DNA of 64,000 nucleotides from a virus: positions 32,001 through 96,000 of IMG/VR virus record IMGVR_UViG_3300008516_000204; one strand, 5' to 3'. Within the stretch, counting starts at the first letter, position 1. The number at the start of each line of letters is the position of its first letter. The notes under the pieces were generated by a model, which made no database searches, was not told where the DNA came from, and saw only the letters and a program-made list of their open reading frames with translations. Made by a program: the position numbers and the translations under genes. This document shows positions 1 through 10,900 of the stretch, piece after piece.

Positions 1-104
1 TAAGTATAACTCAACATAATGACTATATATCTGTAGATGATACTGTTTATAGATATAACTGGAAGAAAAAAAGAATAGAACAAACTGGAGCTAGATGGAG
101 ATAA
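1..104 (+). CDS. 3' end of a hypothetical protein truncated by the window edge
   Basis: Open frame from nt 3 (SITQHNDYISVDD...GARWR) ends at TAA 102-104, 1 nt before the next ATG. Confidence 0.5.
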   Translation, partial: SITQHNDYISVDDTVYRYNWKKKRIEQTGARWR

Positions 105-105
105 G

Positions 106-978
106 ATGAAAACCGATTTCCAAGATTTACTCATCGCACTAAATCTGTTGCCATTGAACAAGAGGCAGATTAACGCCCTGCTTTTGCTTTACTCTTACTA
201 TCTCGACTCAAATGGGGATAATTCCGAAAAAGTCAGTATAAAAGACCTGAGCCTCCAAATCGGACTGGACAGCACAGTTGGCTCATTCACTCTGGATAGT
301 TTGATAGATTACAATATTTTGGGCTCTGTTGTGCTAAAAGAGTTTGTGGTAAAAAAGGAGATTGCACAGCATTTTCAGCGAGATTTCCTGCAAACTTTAA
401 AAGGCAAAAAAAATCTGGTAAAACAGGCTATCAGCAGGGTGGGATTTTTTATCAAAGAGGGAACGAAGATTTATGTCTTCAACCCAGTTTTGGAGAGCTG
501 GAAATATCCGAGCTGGTACAAGTTGAGAAAGGCACTTAAAATTTTAAAGACAAGATTTCCAGCAAACGAGTTTTTGAAAAATCTGTCAAGCACTCTTGAG
601 AAAAATTCTAAGAATACGAGGAAGAAAGTTACCGACAAAGAGGGAAGGATAAACGCACCCTATCTGGTCAGGGTGTTTCTGTCCAAGTTCAACAATGCCT
701 ATGGAAAGAAATACACGCCGAACTGGGCGATGGACAGCATCAAAATGAACAATCTCATCAGGCAGTTTGAGAAGAACAATATGACTGCAAAGGATGTTCC
801 AGATTTTCTGGACTGGACTTTCGGGAAAGCGGAGGAAAGAAAACTATCTATGCACACAGGACTGTTGCGGACTTTTGCAAACGAGTATGTGATAAAGGAT
901 ATTCATCGGATAAAGCGAAATCGGAAGTTTCGAGAAACGATAGATGGAGACAAATTTATTCGGACAAAGGAGGAATAA
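106..978 (+). CDS. Putative replication initiator / wHTH DNA-binding protein
   Basis: N-terminal wHTH-like segment, a VFNP..W motif like phage O-type initiators, and a helical DnaD-like C-terminus. Lies upstream of the primase-helicase. Confidence 0.4.
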   Translation: MKTDFQDLLIALNLLPLNKRQINALLLLYSYYLDSNGDNSEKVSIKDLSLQIGLDSTVGSFTLDSLIDYNILGSVVLKEFVVKKEIAQHFQRDFLQTLKGKKNLVKQAISRVGFFIKEGTKIYVFNPVLESWKYPSWYKLRKALKILKTRFPANEFLKNLSSTLEKNSKNTRKKVTDKEGRINAPYLVRVFLSKFNNAYGKKYTPNWAMDSIKMNNLIRQFEKNNMTAKDVPDFLDWTFGKAEERKLSMHTGLLRTFANEYVIKDIHRIKRNRKFRETIDGDKFIRTKEE

Positions 979-979
979 G

Positions 980-1267
980 ATGAAAAGATTATTGATTAGT
1001 TTATTGGTAGGAGTTATTTTATTTGTTAATATGCCTTCTTATGCTTTGACTAAAGAAGAAGCAGATGGATATGTAGGAATGAAAAATGTTATAGTTTTGA
1101 CTTATGGATTGCTCAATCCTATAGAAGGCTTGAGATGTAACATCATAGCTGGAAGAACAATTGTCGAGAAAAATGGGAATTATGATGTTTATCTTTTGGA
1201 AAAATTAAATGGAGATGTGATTAGTATAAGAATTGAATATATCATCGAAGTATTAACAACTCAATAA
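980..1267 (+). CDS. Hypothetical exported protein with signal peptide
   Basis: AGGAGG RBS before ATG 980. MKRLLISLLVGVILF...SYA resembles a signal peptide. Confidence 0.6.
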   Translation: MKRLLISLLVGVILFVNMPSYALTKEEADGYVGMKNVIVLTYGLLNPIEGLRCNIIAGRTIVEKNGNYDVYLLEKLNGDVISIRIEYIIEVLTTQ

Positions 1268-1445
1268 ATAGATACCGCCTCATCTTCTTTTTTAAAACTA
1301 TGAGATATATTAGCAAGAGAAAATACAAGAAACTGATTAACCTCGTGGAAAAAATACTCTCTTCTGGGGAGGAATATGATGTTGCGAGGGAGTATTTTAT
1401 CGTGGAAGTTATCTTGGAACGGTTGCATATAAAGGTGGAGAAATA

Positions 1446-1559
1446 ATGGCGATATTTTATCAGATAGTAGCGGGATTTCTTATGCTTTGTCTTCTTGGAT
1501 TGGTGGGATTTTTGGTTGCAATAGTTATTAGAGGGTTATGGCAAATATTTTGGAGATAA
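1446..1559 (+). CDS. 37-aa single-TM microprotein
   Basis: MAIFYQIVAGFLMLCLLGLVGFLVAIVIRGLWQIFWR. TAATG coupling to ORF 1300-1446. Below the ORF-track cutoff. Confidence 0.55.
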   Translation: MAIFYQIVAGFLMLCLLGLVGFLVAIVIRGLWQIFWR

Positions 1560-1562
1560 AAA

Positions 1563-1745
1563 ATGACTAAGATTAAAAGTGATAGGAAAATCCATAAATT
1601 ACATTACGGTATCAATATGCGTTCTCCTTATTATCGTTCTTCTTGTGGAAGGTGGAATGATTTAAAAATGGTAGGAACTTTTCAAGGAAAAGAAGTAACT
1701 TGTAAAACATGTTTGAGGTCAATGAGAAAGAAAGAGAGAAATTAA
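1563..1745 (+). CDS. Small Cys/His zinc-binding hypothetical protein
   Basis: IH...CG...VTCKTC pattern; GGAG RBS. Confidence 0.55.
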   Translation: MTKIKSDRKIHKLHYGINMRSPYYRSSCGRWNDLKMVGTFQGKEVTCKTCLRSMRKKERN

Positions 1746-1749
1746 ATAA

Positions 1750-4044
1750 GTGAGAATAAAAAATTTAGAAGAACTAAAAAATAAACTCAGACCTTATTTA
1801 AAGGAATATCTCGAACTCAATGATACTGTATTCGAGGGGAATCACCTGACCTGTCCCTGTCGGTCTAATCACAGGAACGATGACAACACCCCATCTGCGA
1901 CATTCTTCCCCGACGATGAGCATATCAAGTGCTTTGTGTGTGACGATGTATCCAATGCCGACATATTTGCTTGTGCTTATTTTCTTGAGGGAAAGCCTCT
2001 TACTGGTTCTGAATTTATCAGTGATAATGTTTTATACTTGGCGAAAAAGTTTGATATCTCCTATAAGGTGGAGGACATAAGCGACAGGGAAAAGCAAGCG
2101 AGTCAGTTGCGAGAAATTTTGGAAGTGGCTAACAAGATGATGAAAGCGGTAATAAAGCAGGAACATTCCTCGTTGAAAAAAGTCAAGGATTATATTAAGA
2201 AAAGACATTGGGATAAAATCATAGACAAGTTTGAGTTTGGTTACTGCCTTTATGAGAAGTTAATTGCTAATCTTTTGAAGCGGGGATATACCAAAGAACA
2301 GCTTGAAATGGCTGGCTTAACAGATAAAGATAATGGGAGAAACCAGAATAGTGCCAAAGGCGTTTTGAATAATCGGCTCGTATTTCCCATTAGGGACGGA
2401 TATGGCAGGATAACTGGGTTTGCTAGCAGACGATTAAGCGACAAAAATGGGGAGCAGAAATACATCAACTTTAGGGCGACTAATTTGTATAAAAAAGCCG
2501 AGATACTATATAACTTGAAAGAGGCGAAAAATCATCCCAAAGTCTATCTTGTTGAGGGGTATGCCGATGTGTGGTCTTTGGCTTTAAAAGGAGTGGATAA
2601 TGTCATTGCTCTGGGAGGTTTGGGATTTAGTGATAAGCAATATGACCTTTTGGTGTATAATAGGATTAAGCAGTTGACACTCTGTCTTGATAATGATGAG
2701 GCTGGAAAAGAAGCGACTACCCGAATTGTTGAAGAAAAATTAAAGGCAAAAAGGGATATAGAAGTTTTTATCAAAGAGCCAAATGGAAATAAAGATCCAG
2801 ATGAATACTTACAAAGACATAGTGCTGAAGATTTTCTTGGCTTACCAGAGTTCACCATTTTTGAGTGGAAACTTAAGGACTTGAAAGAGAATAAAGAGAA
2901 TGAGTTTCTCAAAAATGACTTGATCCAGTTGGTAGTTAATGAGGAAGATTATGTAACCACCGAACAGATGATAAGGGATCTGGCCGAGGTTTTAAATGTT
3001 ACTTTTGAGACACTCAAAAAAGAAGTTGAGCGAAACAGGAAATTGGGTAGTGGCAAATATTTGCTAACTTCACGTGATATATTGAAAGAGAAAGCATCTC
3101 TTGAAACCGAAGTAAACCAGTTCGAGTCTTGGGCTTGGTCGAGGGGTGGTGGACTTTTGGGTCTGAAAACTGGCTATCCGATACTCACGAAAAAATTAGA
3201 TGGGTTGCAAAATGCTTTCTATCTGCTCGCTGGACAGACAAACATAGGAAAATCAGCAGTCTTATTAAATCTGGCCTTAAATCTTACGAAACATAACGAT
3301 GTCTTTGTATTGTTCTTTTCCATTGATGATAATATCAGGCAAATACTTCCGAGAATAATTGCTGCCGATACTAATTTGGAAATAAATACTGTGGCAAATC
3401 CGAAGTTCAAGATTAAATATAACAAGGAACTCAAACCAGAAAGAGCCGAAGAGTTGCTCAAAGCCCGTGAAAAAGCGATGACCAACCTAAAATCCTTGTC
3501 AAATTCTTTTGCCGTAAAAGAGGAAAACGATATTCGCAGCATAGAGGAGATGGAAAAATACATCCGAATATACAAGGAGATTGCGGGCAAGAAGCAGTTG
3601 GTTGTAATCGTTGACAATCTGCACAGGATAAAAAGCGAACTGAGGTTCGGCTCGGTGAGGGAGACATATATGTATGTGTCGGACACGCTGAAAAGATGGA
3701 AGACCGATTATGATATTCCAGTTGTGGCCACAGCCGAACTCAAGAAGATAAACTCGTTGCGGAGACCGTTGGGCGACGATATTAAGGAATGTGTTGATTT
3801 GCAGTTCGATTCAGATTTTACAGCACTACTCTACAATGATTTTGATTTGCGGGATGACAGTACCCTGTATTTTGTGGATAATAATGGGAAATCCCAACCT
3901 GTCATTGAAATAAGCGTTATCAAGAACAAGACGGGCGGGTTCAAGGGAAAGTTATACTACAAATTTTATAAAAATTTTTCCAAGATAGTTGAGGCTTCAA
4001 GAGAGGAAATGGAGCAATACTTTTCAGATTTTATAGGAAGATAA
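1750..4044 (+). CDS. Primase-helicase fusion (CHC2 Zn finger + DnaG TOPRIM + DnaB-like helicase)
   Basis: CPC..H..C..C Zn finger; RLVFPI, KYIN, VEGYADV, LDNDEAG and KDPDE TOPRIM motifs; Walker A GQTNIGKS; Walker B VIVDNLH. Confidence 0.93.
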   Translation: MRIKNLEELKNKLRPYLKEYLELNDTVFEGNHLTCPCRSNHRNDDNTPSATFFPDDEHIKCFVCDDVSNADIFACAYFLEGKPLTGSEFISDNVLYLAKKFDISYKVEDISDREKQASQLREILEVANKMMKAVIKQEHSSLKKVKDYIKKRHWDKIIDKFEFGYCLYEKLIANLLKRGYTKEQLEMAGLTDKDNGRNQNSAKGVLNNRLVFPIRDGYGRITGFASRRLSDKNGEQKYINFRATNLYKKAEILYNLKEAKNHPKVYLVEGYADVWSLALKGVDNVIALGGLGFSDKQYDLLVYNRIKQLTLCLDNDEAGKEATTRIVEEKLKAKRDIEVFIKEPNGNKDPDEYLQRHSAEDFLGLPEFTIFEWKLKDLKENKENEFLKNDLIQLVVNEEDYVTTEQMIRDLAEVLNVTFETLKKEVERNRKLGSGKYLLTSRDILKEKASLETEVNQFESWAWSRGGGLLGLKTGYPILTKKLDGLQNAFYLLAGQTNIGKSAVLLNLALNLTKHNDVFVLFFSIDDNIRQILPRIIAADTNLEINTVANPKFKIKYNKELKPERAEELLKAREKAMTNLKSLSNSFAVKEENDIRSIEEMEKYIRIYKEIAGKKQLVVIVDNLHRIKSELRFGSVRETYMYVSDTLKRWKTDYDIPVVATAELKKINSLRRPLGDDIKECVDLQFDSDFTALLYNDFDLRDDSTLYFVDNNGKSQPVIEISVIKNKTGGFKGKLYYKFYKNFSKIVEASREEMEQYFSDFIGR

Positions 4045-4673
4045 AATGGATATAAATAGTATAAGCAAACTGTATGGCAAATCGGTTATAGAAACATTTA
4101 ATGAGAAATATCATAAATTTGATATAGTGGATAGGAGTTATCTTGAAAAATCTCTGCTTACCAAATCAGTCCAAGATTTTTATTTTACAGTGAGTTTAAG
4201 GCTTATAGCAGATTATCTTAAATGTATGCTACAGGAGAGGAAAAATGCAAAATAAAGACAGCCGAAGGCTCGTGGGCATTTACCTAAAATTGAAGGAGTA
4301 TGAGGGCGAACTGCTTGAAATGGAGTTTTCACATCCCAACCATAAAGAGTTCAAGGCCATTATATTGAGATGTGTTGATGAGTTGGATGAGGTTGCTCAC
4401 TTGCTTGTTGTGGAAGCGAATCAGATAAAGGGAGATAAAAATGAAAAATAAAATTAAGAAGACAAAGCAACTTATAAAGAAACTAGAGCCTTATTGGAAA
4501 GAACTGCAAGAAATTGAAAGAGAGTACTATAGTGCAGTTTATAGATTAGAAAAGAGAATGTCAAAAGAAATTGGGATATTGGGTTTAGAGTTTTTCCAAT
4601 GTGATAATTTCTTTGTAGGAATTGGTAATTTAGAGAGGACATTGCCACTTATTCACGCTAGGGAGTTAGAAAA

Positions 4674-5213
4674 ATGATAGTTACCGATACTAAACAATTA
4701 CTAATATCTTGTAAAAATGTTCAGCCAGAACAGGCAAAAGAAATTATCCAAAAGCTGGAGAAGGAACTTGTCTTACACAAAAATGGCATAGGACTTTCAG
4801 CAAACCAAATCGGCATCGATGCTAAAGTCGCTATCATTCGTATTCCTGACAAGGAAAAGATTGACCTGATAAATCCCAAAATAGTCGAGCATAGCAAGGA
4901 AATCGTGTTCTACAAAGAGGGTTGTTTGAGCTTGCCTGACCAGAAAAAGGAGATAACGATCCAGAGATACGAGCAGATAACCATCGAGAATGGATTTGAC
5001 AGGACTAAATATGTATTGTATGGGATGGAAGCGATTGCTTGTCAACACGAGATAGACCACCTAAATGGGTTATTGATTACTGATAAGCAAGCCAAACCAT
5101 ATGCAAGACCAGAAAGAAAGATAGGCAGGAACGAGAGATGCAAAGTTTGTGATATGAAATATAAAAAGCACACAAATTCCAATCACGGATTTATTCCAAA
5201 AGAGGGGGAATGA
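4674..5213 (+). CDS. def: Peptide deformylase with a degenerate C-terminal SEC-C-like motif
   Basis: All three PDF motifs: GIGLSANQIG, EGCLS, QHEIDHLNG. Tail KIGRNERCKVCDMKYKKH. Confidence 0.95.
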   Translation: MIVTDTKQLLISCKNVQPEQAKEIIQKLEKELVLHKNGIGLSANQIGIDAKVAIIRIPDKEKIDLINPKIVEHSKEIVFYKEGCLSLPDQKKEITIQRYEQITIENGFDRTKYVLYGMEAIACQHEIDHLNGLLITDKQAKPYARPERKIGRNERCKVCDMKYKKHTNSNHGFIPKEGE

Positions 5214-6088
5214 TTGAGATGATAAAGTCATTGAGACGAATATTATACACAGTTTTGGTAATCGCTGTTTTGTCCAATGCTTTTATTCATATAAGGGAAA
5301 TTGAAAAGTCGATTTCATTAGAACAAAAAGTAGAAAAAAATGAGACTGTATCACGATTTTCTTTCCAGTTAATAGGTAGCATTTTTGATAATTATGCCAA
5401 AATTATTGCCGATTTGTATAATAGAGTTGATGTTCTTTCTAAAAAGATAGTTGCGGTCAAACCAGATTTTGAAAGATTGATGAACGGAACGGTTATTATT
5501 TACAATGAAGAATATGTAGTTGCTGGGGTGTGCATAGAAGAGGATGAGGATTTTTATTATATCCTGACAGTTCAGCACTTGCTTGGAGATAGAGAAAATG
5601 AAATTTCAAGTCATATAGATACCGTCCCCGAATCGAATATGGGACTGGCTGTCAAATTAGAAAAGATTCAGCAATTTTTTCAAGAGAAAGCATTACAGCA
5701 ATTTGTCCCCAGTGAAGATATTACAGCTATAACTGTCCAGATGAGAAATCATACAATGGTAGCTGGGGAATTTTTATTTGTAAATTATGATTTAGATTTG
5801 GGTTTCCTGAGAATATATAAAAGTGAAAGAGTGGAACTTGAGGTATTAAAATTGGCCGAACCTTATCCCAAAGTAGGAGATGAAGTCTATGTTTTAGGAC
5901 ATCCATTAGGGAGAAAATACAATCTTTCAAAAGGTATAGTGAGCAAAACAGATATTGATTCCACTTATTTTGGTATTGATGCTCTTACTACTTTTGGTAA
6001 TTCGGGAGGTGCTGTTTTTAATAATAGAGGAGAAATCATTGGTATCTGTAGTATGGTTCCAGTGTATAGCTTTGAAATAGAGGAATAA
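5210..6088 (+). CDS. Membrane-anchored trypsin-like (S1) serine protease
   Basis: N-terminal TM segment and coiled coil; triad motifs TVQH, DLG, GNSGG; GHPLG. Confidence 0.85.
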   Translation: MIEMIKSLRRILYTVLVIAVLSNAFIHIREIEKSISLEQKVEKNETVSRFSFQLIGSIFDNYAKIIADLYNRVDVLSKKIVAVKPDFERLMNGTVIIYNEEYVVAGVCIEEDEDFYYILTVQHLLGDRENEISSHIDTVPESNMGLAVKLEKIQQFFQEKALQQFVPSEDITAITVQMRNHTMVAGEFLFVNYDLDLGFLRIYKSERVELEVLKLAEPYPKVGDEVYVLGHPLGRKYNLSKGIVSKTDIDSTYFGIDALTTFGNSGGAVFNNRGEIIGICSMVPVYSFEIEE

Positions 6089-6107
6089 AAACTACCAAAA
6101 ATAGGAG

Positions 6108-7325
6108 ATGATTAAAATGAAAAAGAAAACTAATTTAGTGCAGTTTAACAAGGATTACAACAGGGGGTTGACTACCACTCAACTGTCCATTAAATATGGC
6201 ATCAGCGAAAGGACTGTTGAGAGAATAGCAGCCAAACAAAGAGCAAAAGGACAGTTAAACTATAAGAAATATATTACCAAATCAGGGGTTATCAAGGAAG
6301 ATGCTTCTGTAACACAGAAAGAATTGTTGAAACTTTTGGCTCTTTATGAGACCAAATCTGTAGTTGCCAAGAAACTGGGCATAAGTGAAGGCAAAGTGAG
6401 GGGATTATGCAAGCAATATAATATAATCGATTCAACAACTCGTTCTAAACTTCTGGTAGAATCCTTGCACGAACTTACGAAAGATGTTAAACCATATCAG
6501 GCAGCCAAAACCCATTCACATATTACTGGCGAAACGCTGGTAATCCAATTAACCGACTGGCATGCTGGAAAAATAGTAAAAGACCAACAGGGTAATGTGG
6601 TCTATAACGAAGCCGTATTTAAGCGGAGAATGGATAAATTCTGTGCCCAGATATTGAAGCTATTGGACAACCACATTAAGAAAGGGACTAAAATCAATGA
6701 TGTGGTTCTCATCTCGACTGGAGATAATGCCAATGGCGAAGACATATATGCAACACAGGCATATGAACAAGAGCTTGCACCTCCTTATCAGGTAATGTTG
6801 GTTGTGGAAGTGTTTACCAAATTGATTCAGGCTTTGCTAGATAGGAAACTAAATGTTAAGTTTTATGGGGTAAAGGGAAATCATGGTCGCCTTGGCAAGG
6901 ATAAAGACCCGAATTCCAACTGGGATATTATGATATACCTTATCCTCAAATATCAAGCGTATGCTAATAATAAAAAGGTTGAGATAAATTTTTCTACTTT
7001 AGATTACCTCAATTTTGAAATACAGGGATGGAAATACCACATTCGGCATATAGCACCAGAGCAACCAGACACATCTGCAAGCAGGGCGAAGTTTGGTGGG
7101 TGGGCTGGTATGCACAACGCCGATGCGATAGTCTATGGACACTTTCATCACTTCGGCATTTTCGATGCCAATGGAACGAGAGTGTTCAGGGGCGGTTCGC
7201 CCATCGGTGCGGATGAGTTTGCCGAATCTTTGGCTAAAGAGGCTGACCCAGTTCAGTTGGTCTGGGGCGTTTCAAAGGAGAGGATTCTGACCTTTAGCTA
7301 TGCGGTTGATTTAGCGGATATTTAA
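6108..7325 (+). CDS. HTH-containing metallophosphoesterase
   Basis: Two HTH-like segments, then calcineurin-like motifs DWH, GD, GNHG, H, GHFH. Confidence 0.8.
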   Translation: MIKMKKKTNLVQFNKDYNRGLTTTQLSIKYGISERTVERIAAKQRAKGQLNYKKYITKSGVIKEDASVTQKELLKLLALYETKSVVAKKLGISEGKVRGLCKQYNIIDSTTRSKLLVESLHELTKDVKPYQAAKTHSHITGETLVIQLTDWHAGKIVKDQQGNVVYNEAVFKRRMDKFCAQILKLLDNHIKKGTKINDVVLISTGDNANGEDIYATQAYEQELAPPYQVMLVVEVFTKLIQALLDRKLNVKFYGVKGNHGRLGKDKDPNSNWDIMIYLILKYQAYANNKKVEINFSTLDYLNFEIQGWKYHIRHIAPEQPDTSASRAKFGGWAGMHNADAIVYGHFHHFGIFDANGTRVFRGGSPIGADEFAESLAKEADPVQLVWGVSKERILTFSYAVDLADI

Positions 7326-7339
7326 TGAGGAGCAATAAA

Positions 7340-7477
7340 ATGATTTTTGGATTTTGGGATAAAATTATGTTTACAATTATTGCTTATAGTATGATGATTT
7401 ATTATTACATAAAAATCCACTTAGAAATTTTGGGAGTGATTTATTTAATTAAGGTAGTAAAAAGGAGGGTACCTTAA
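7340..7477 (+). CDS. 45-aa hydrophobic microprotein
   Basis: GAGGAG RBS; MIFGFWDKIMF...VVKRRVP; TAATG coupling to the next gene. Confidence 0.5.
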   Translation: MIFGFWDKIMFTIIAYSMMIYYYIKIHLEILGVIYLIKVVKRRVP

Positions 7478-7758
7478 TGCCTTATATTACACAAAGAGAC
7501 AAGGATAGATTTACAGCTAATGCAGATAATAATGGAGTAGCAGAATATCTAAGTAGATTAGGATTAGGAGAATTTGCTGGGCATCTAAATTATCTCAATT
7601 TTAAGATAGTTCGTAGATGGATAAAAAAGAACGGCAAAAAATATTTTGCATTTGCTACTATTGTAGGAACTTTAATTTGTTGTATATTAGAGATTTATCG
7701 CAGATTAGTCGCTCCTTATGAAGACAAAAAAATTCGTGAAAACGGGGATGTGAAGTGA
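7477..7758 (+). CDS. Conserved phage protein of the MPYI...G.LNY type (DUF6899-like)
   Basis: MPYI, GHLNY, E.YRR..APYED.K..ENGDV motifs. Confidence 0.65.
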   Translation: MPYITQRDKDRFTANADNNGVAEYLSRLGLGEFAGHLNYLNFKIVRRWIKKNGKKYFAFATIVGTLICCILEIYRRLVAPYEDKKIRENGDVK

Positions 7759-7947
7759 TGGGATTTTTTGAGTTTGGAGAGGATATTTTTAAAGAGGAAT
7801 ATAAAGATAGTTTGGATAGATTTACTAAAAGAGCATTGAATAGGGCTGCTAAAGATATTAATTTTTTAAACAAGATATCTGACAAAATTCGTTCTCGAAT
7901 TGAGTCTATCAGAAAATTTAATAAGATAATTGATAATATAAAATAAT

Positions 7948-10900
7948 ATGAAAACTATAGCATTAGCAATGATAGTCAAAAACGAATCGAGAGTGATAAA
8001 GCGTTGCCTCGATTCTGTCAAAAACATTATTGACTATTATGTGATAATAGAGGACACCGCTTCTACCGATGGCACAGCAGATATTATTCGTGAAACCCTG
8101 AAAGATATCCCAGGCGAGATAATACAGAAGGACTGGGTAGGATTTGCGGATACTCGAAACCATTATATTGAGGCATCGAAAGGGAAGGCGGATTATATTT
8201 TGGTAATGGATGCCGACCAAATTTTGGAAGTTGATAACGATTTTGACAAGGATAAATTGGACAAGGACATTTATAACTGTATCGTGAAATATCCCACATT
8301 GCAACACCATTTCCCCAAGATATTTAGACCAGATTGCGGATGCAAATATAAGGGCATTATACATAACTTTTTATCTACGAGTAATGTAACTGTGGGACAG
8401 CTAAATAATATCAGATTTTTAGATCTACACGACGGGAAGCGGGCAATGAATTATTCGGAAAAGATAAAGAAAGATATTGAGATTTTGAAAAGTGCTATTA
8501 AGGCAGACCCAGCAAATAAAGTGAGATATACATTTTACTTGGCACAATCTTTGCGTGAAGATGGAAGATATGAACAGGCTATTAGATACTATAAGAAACG
8601 AGTAAGTTATAAGGGTTGGCGAGAGGAAGTTTATCGAAGTTTATACCAAATAGGTAATTGTTATTTAGCACTTAAAGATTATAATAGAGCTATCTACAGT
8701 TACTTAAAAGCATATAATTACAGACCAACGAGGGCAGAATCTATTTTCAAATTAGCACTTTTATATCGCAATCTCGGACAGAGGCAATTGGCGTACGAAT
8801 TTTCTAAAATAGGAATCGGGATTAAGTATCCCAAATCCGATACATTATTTGTTGAGCATAATATCTACGATTATCTAATGTTGTTTGAGTATTCAATTGC
8901 CCTTTATTATGTAGGAAGATATGCGGAGTCGATTAGGGTTTGTAATAGGATAGATTCTATGGTGGGAGTTCCCAAATCTATTAAAGAACAGAATAGAAAA
9001 AATCGGGAGTTCTCGCTGAATAAGATTTCAGAGTGGTCTATGGACAAGGAAATGTATAATTGGATAAGAAGAAATGTACCCAGAGGGGGTACTATACTTG
9101 AACTTGGAAGTGGGAAAAGCACGATAGATTTAGAAAAGGATTATAGAGTATATTCAGTAGAGCATAGTAAAGAGTGGTTAAATCTCTCACCCAAAAGTAG
9201 ATATATTTATGCTCCGATAAGAAAGGGTTGGTATGATATTGATGTATTGAAAAGGGAGATGCCAATTCACTATAATTTGATAATTGTGGATGGTCCGCCA
9301 GGATATATAGGAAGAAAGGGTTTCTATGAGAATCTAAAATTGTTTAATACCAAAGTTCCCATTCTATTTGACGATACCAATCGCAAAGCAGAAAAAGGTT
9401 TATTGGAAAAGGTAGCAAAGAAATTAAGAACCAAATATACAGAATATAATGTCAGTAATAAAAAGTTTGCTGTGCTTAATTATATAGAGAAAAAGCCTAA
9501 GAAATATGATGTTATTTTCTATGATAATGTTACAACACCATTTACTTCAAGGACTTGGAAAAGTAAGGCTGTCGGGGCTTCAATATTGGAAGCATCATTA
9601 TTGCTAACTGAACTCGCTAAAGAGAAGAAAGTTTTGGCTTTTTCTCGGACAGATAAGTCAAAGGTACAAGATAGAATTTTGTGGAAGAATTATAATAATT
9701 GCTACAATTATGAGTGCGATACTCTGATAGTTTTCAGATACAGTAGTTTGCCTCCAATTAAGTATAAAAGACTTATCGTATGGGCACACGATGCACCACC
9801 ACTCGCCCATAGGCATTTATTTGAAGCATTAAATAGGGATAACGCAACTTTGGTTACAATATCGGATTGGCAGAAATCTCTTTTCGAAAAATATGTAAAG
9901 AATATTGAGACGATAAGATTATGGCTTCCAGATTGGATTTACAGTTATAAGACAGAAAAAGACCCAAATAAATATATCTATGCGAGTGCCAATGTGAAAG
10001 GATTAGATAGCACGATTAAACTGTGGTCGGAACTAAAAAGAGATAGCCGAATGATAGGGGCAACCTTGTATGTTTGTACGCCTGGATATGACAAAGTGGA
10101 TGAACAAAAATTGAGGGAAGCAGGTGTAGTATTTTTAGGAAGCCTTCCAACATTAGAAGATGTAATCAGGGAAATTGCAAGTTCGGTAGGAATGTTTTAT
10201 GTCAATGATTTTCCAGAGACATTTGGGGTATCTCCTTATTTGGCAGAAGTATTAGGTTGCCGAACTCATATTTTATGTGTAAAAGGATTTGGTGCTTTGA
10301 GAGAAGTGTTGAATAGCGATTTACTGACAGATGATAGGGATAAGTTTATGGCAGATGTTTTGGAGGCACATCAAAATGGTGGGCATATATTTGAGCCAGA
10401 TGTACTTACAAAAGAGGAACAATATAGAAAATGGAAGGCAATGATAGATAAAAAGGAAATCACCGAAATCCTACAGGAAAGCGATATTCCAAAAGGGATG
10501 TATTTGAGGAATTTTGAGGGTGGTAAAGAGGGATTACAGGAACTGATTAGCAACTTACCGAAGAATTGTGTTATGGCTGAAATTGGAAGTTATATTGGAG
10601 AGTCTACTGAATTATTTGCTAAAAATTGTTTTAGAGTTTATGCTATCGATGCTTGGGAAAATTATTACGATAAAAATGATAAATCATCTTATCAGTATCC
10701 TATGAAGTTAGTAGAGCAGGCTTTTGATGTTAAAACAAAAAAATTCTTTCTTAAGATAGTAAAAATAAAAAAATATAGTAAAGAAGCAAGTGAGACTTTT
10801 GGAAACAAGATTTTTGATTTTGTCTACATAGATAGCAATCATCAGTATGAGAATATCCTTGAGGATATTAAGATTTGGTTGCCGAAGATAAAGCCGAATG

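Noticed and set aside
390-610. Iteron-type origin inside the putative initiator gene
   Set aside because: A/T tracts and a reverse TTGACA are present, but no convincing direct repeats.
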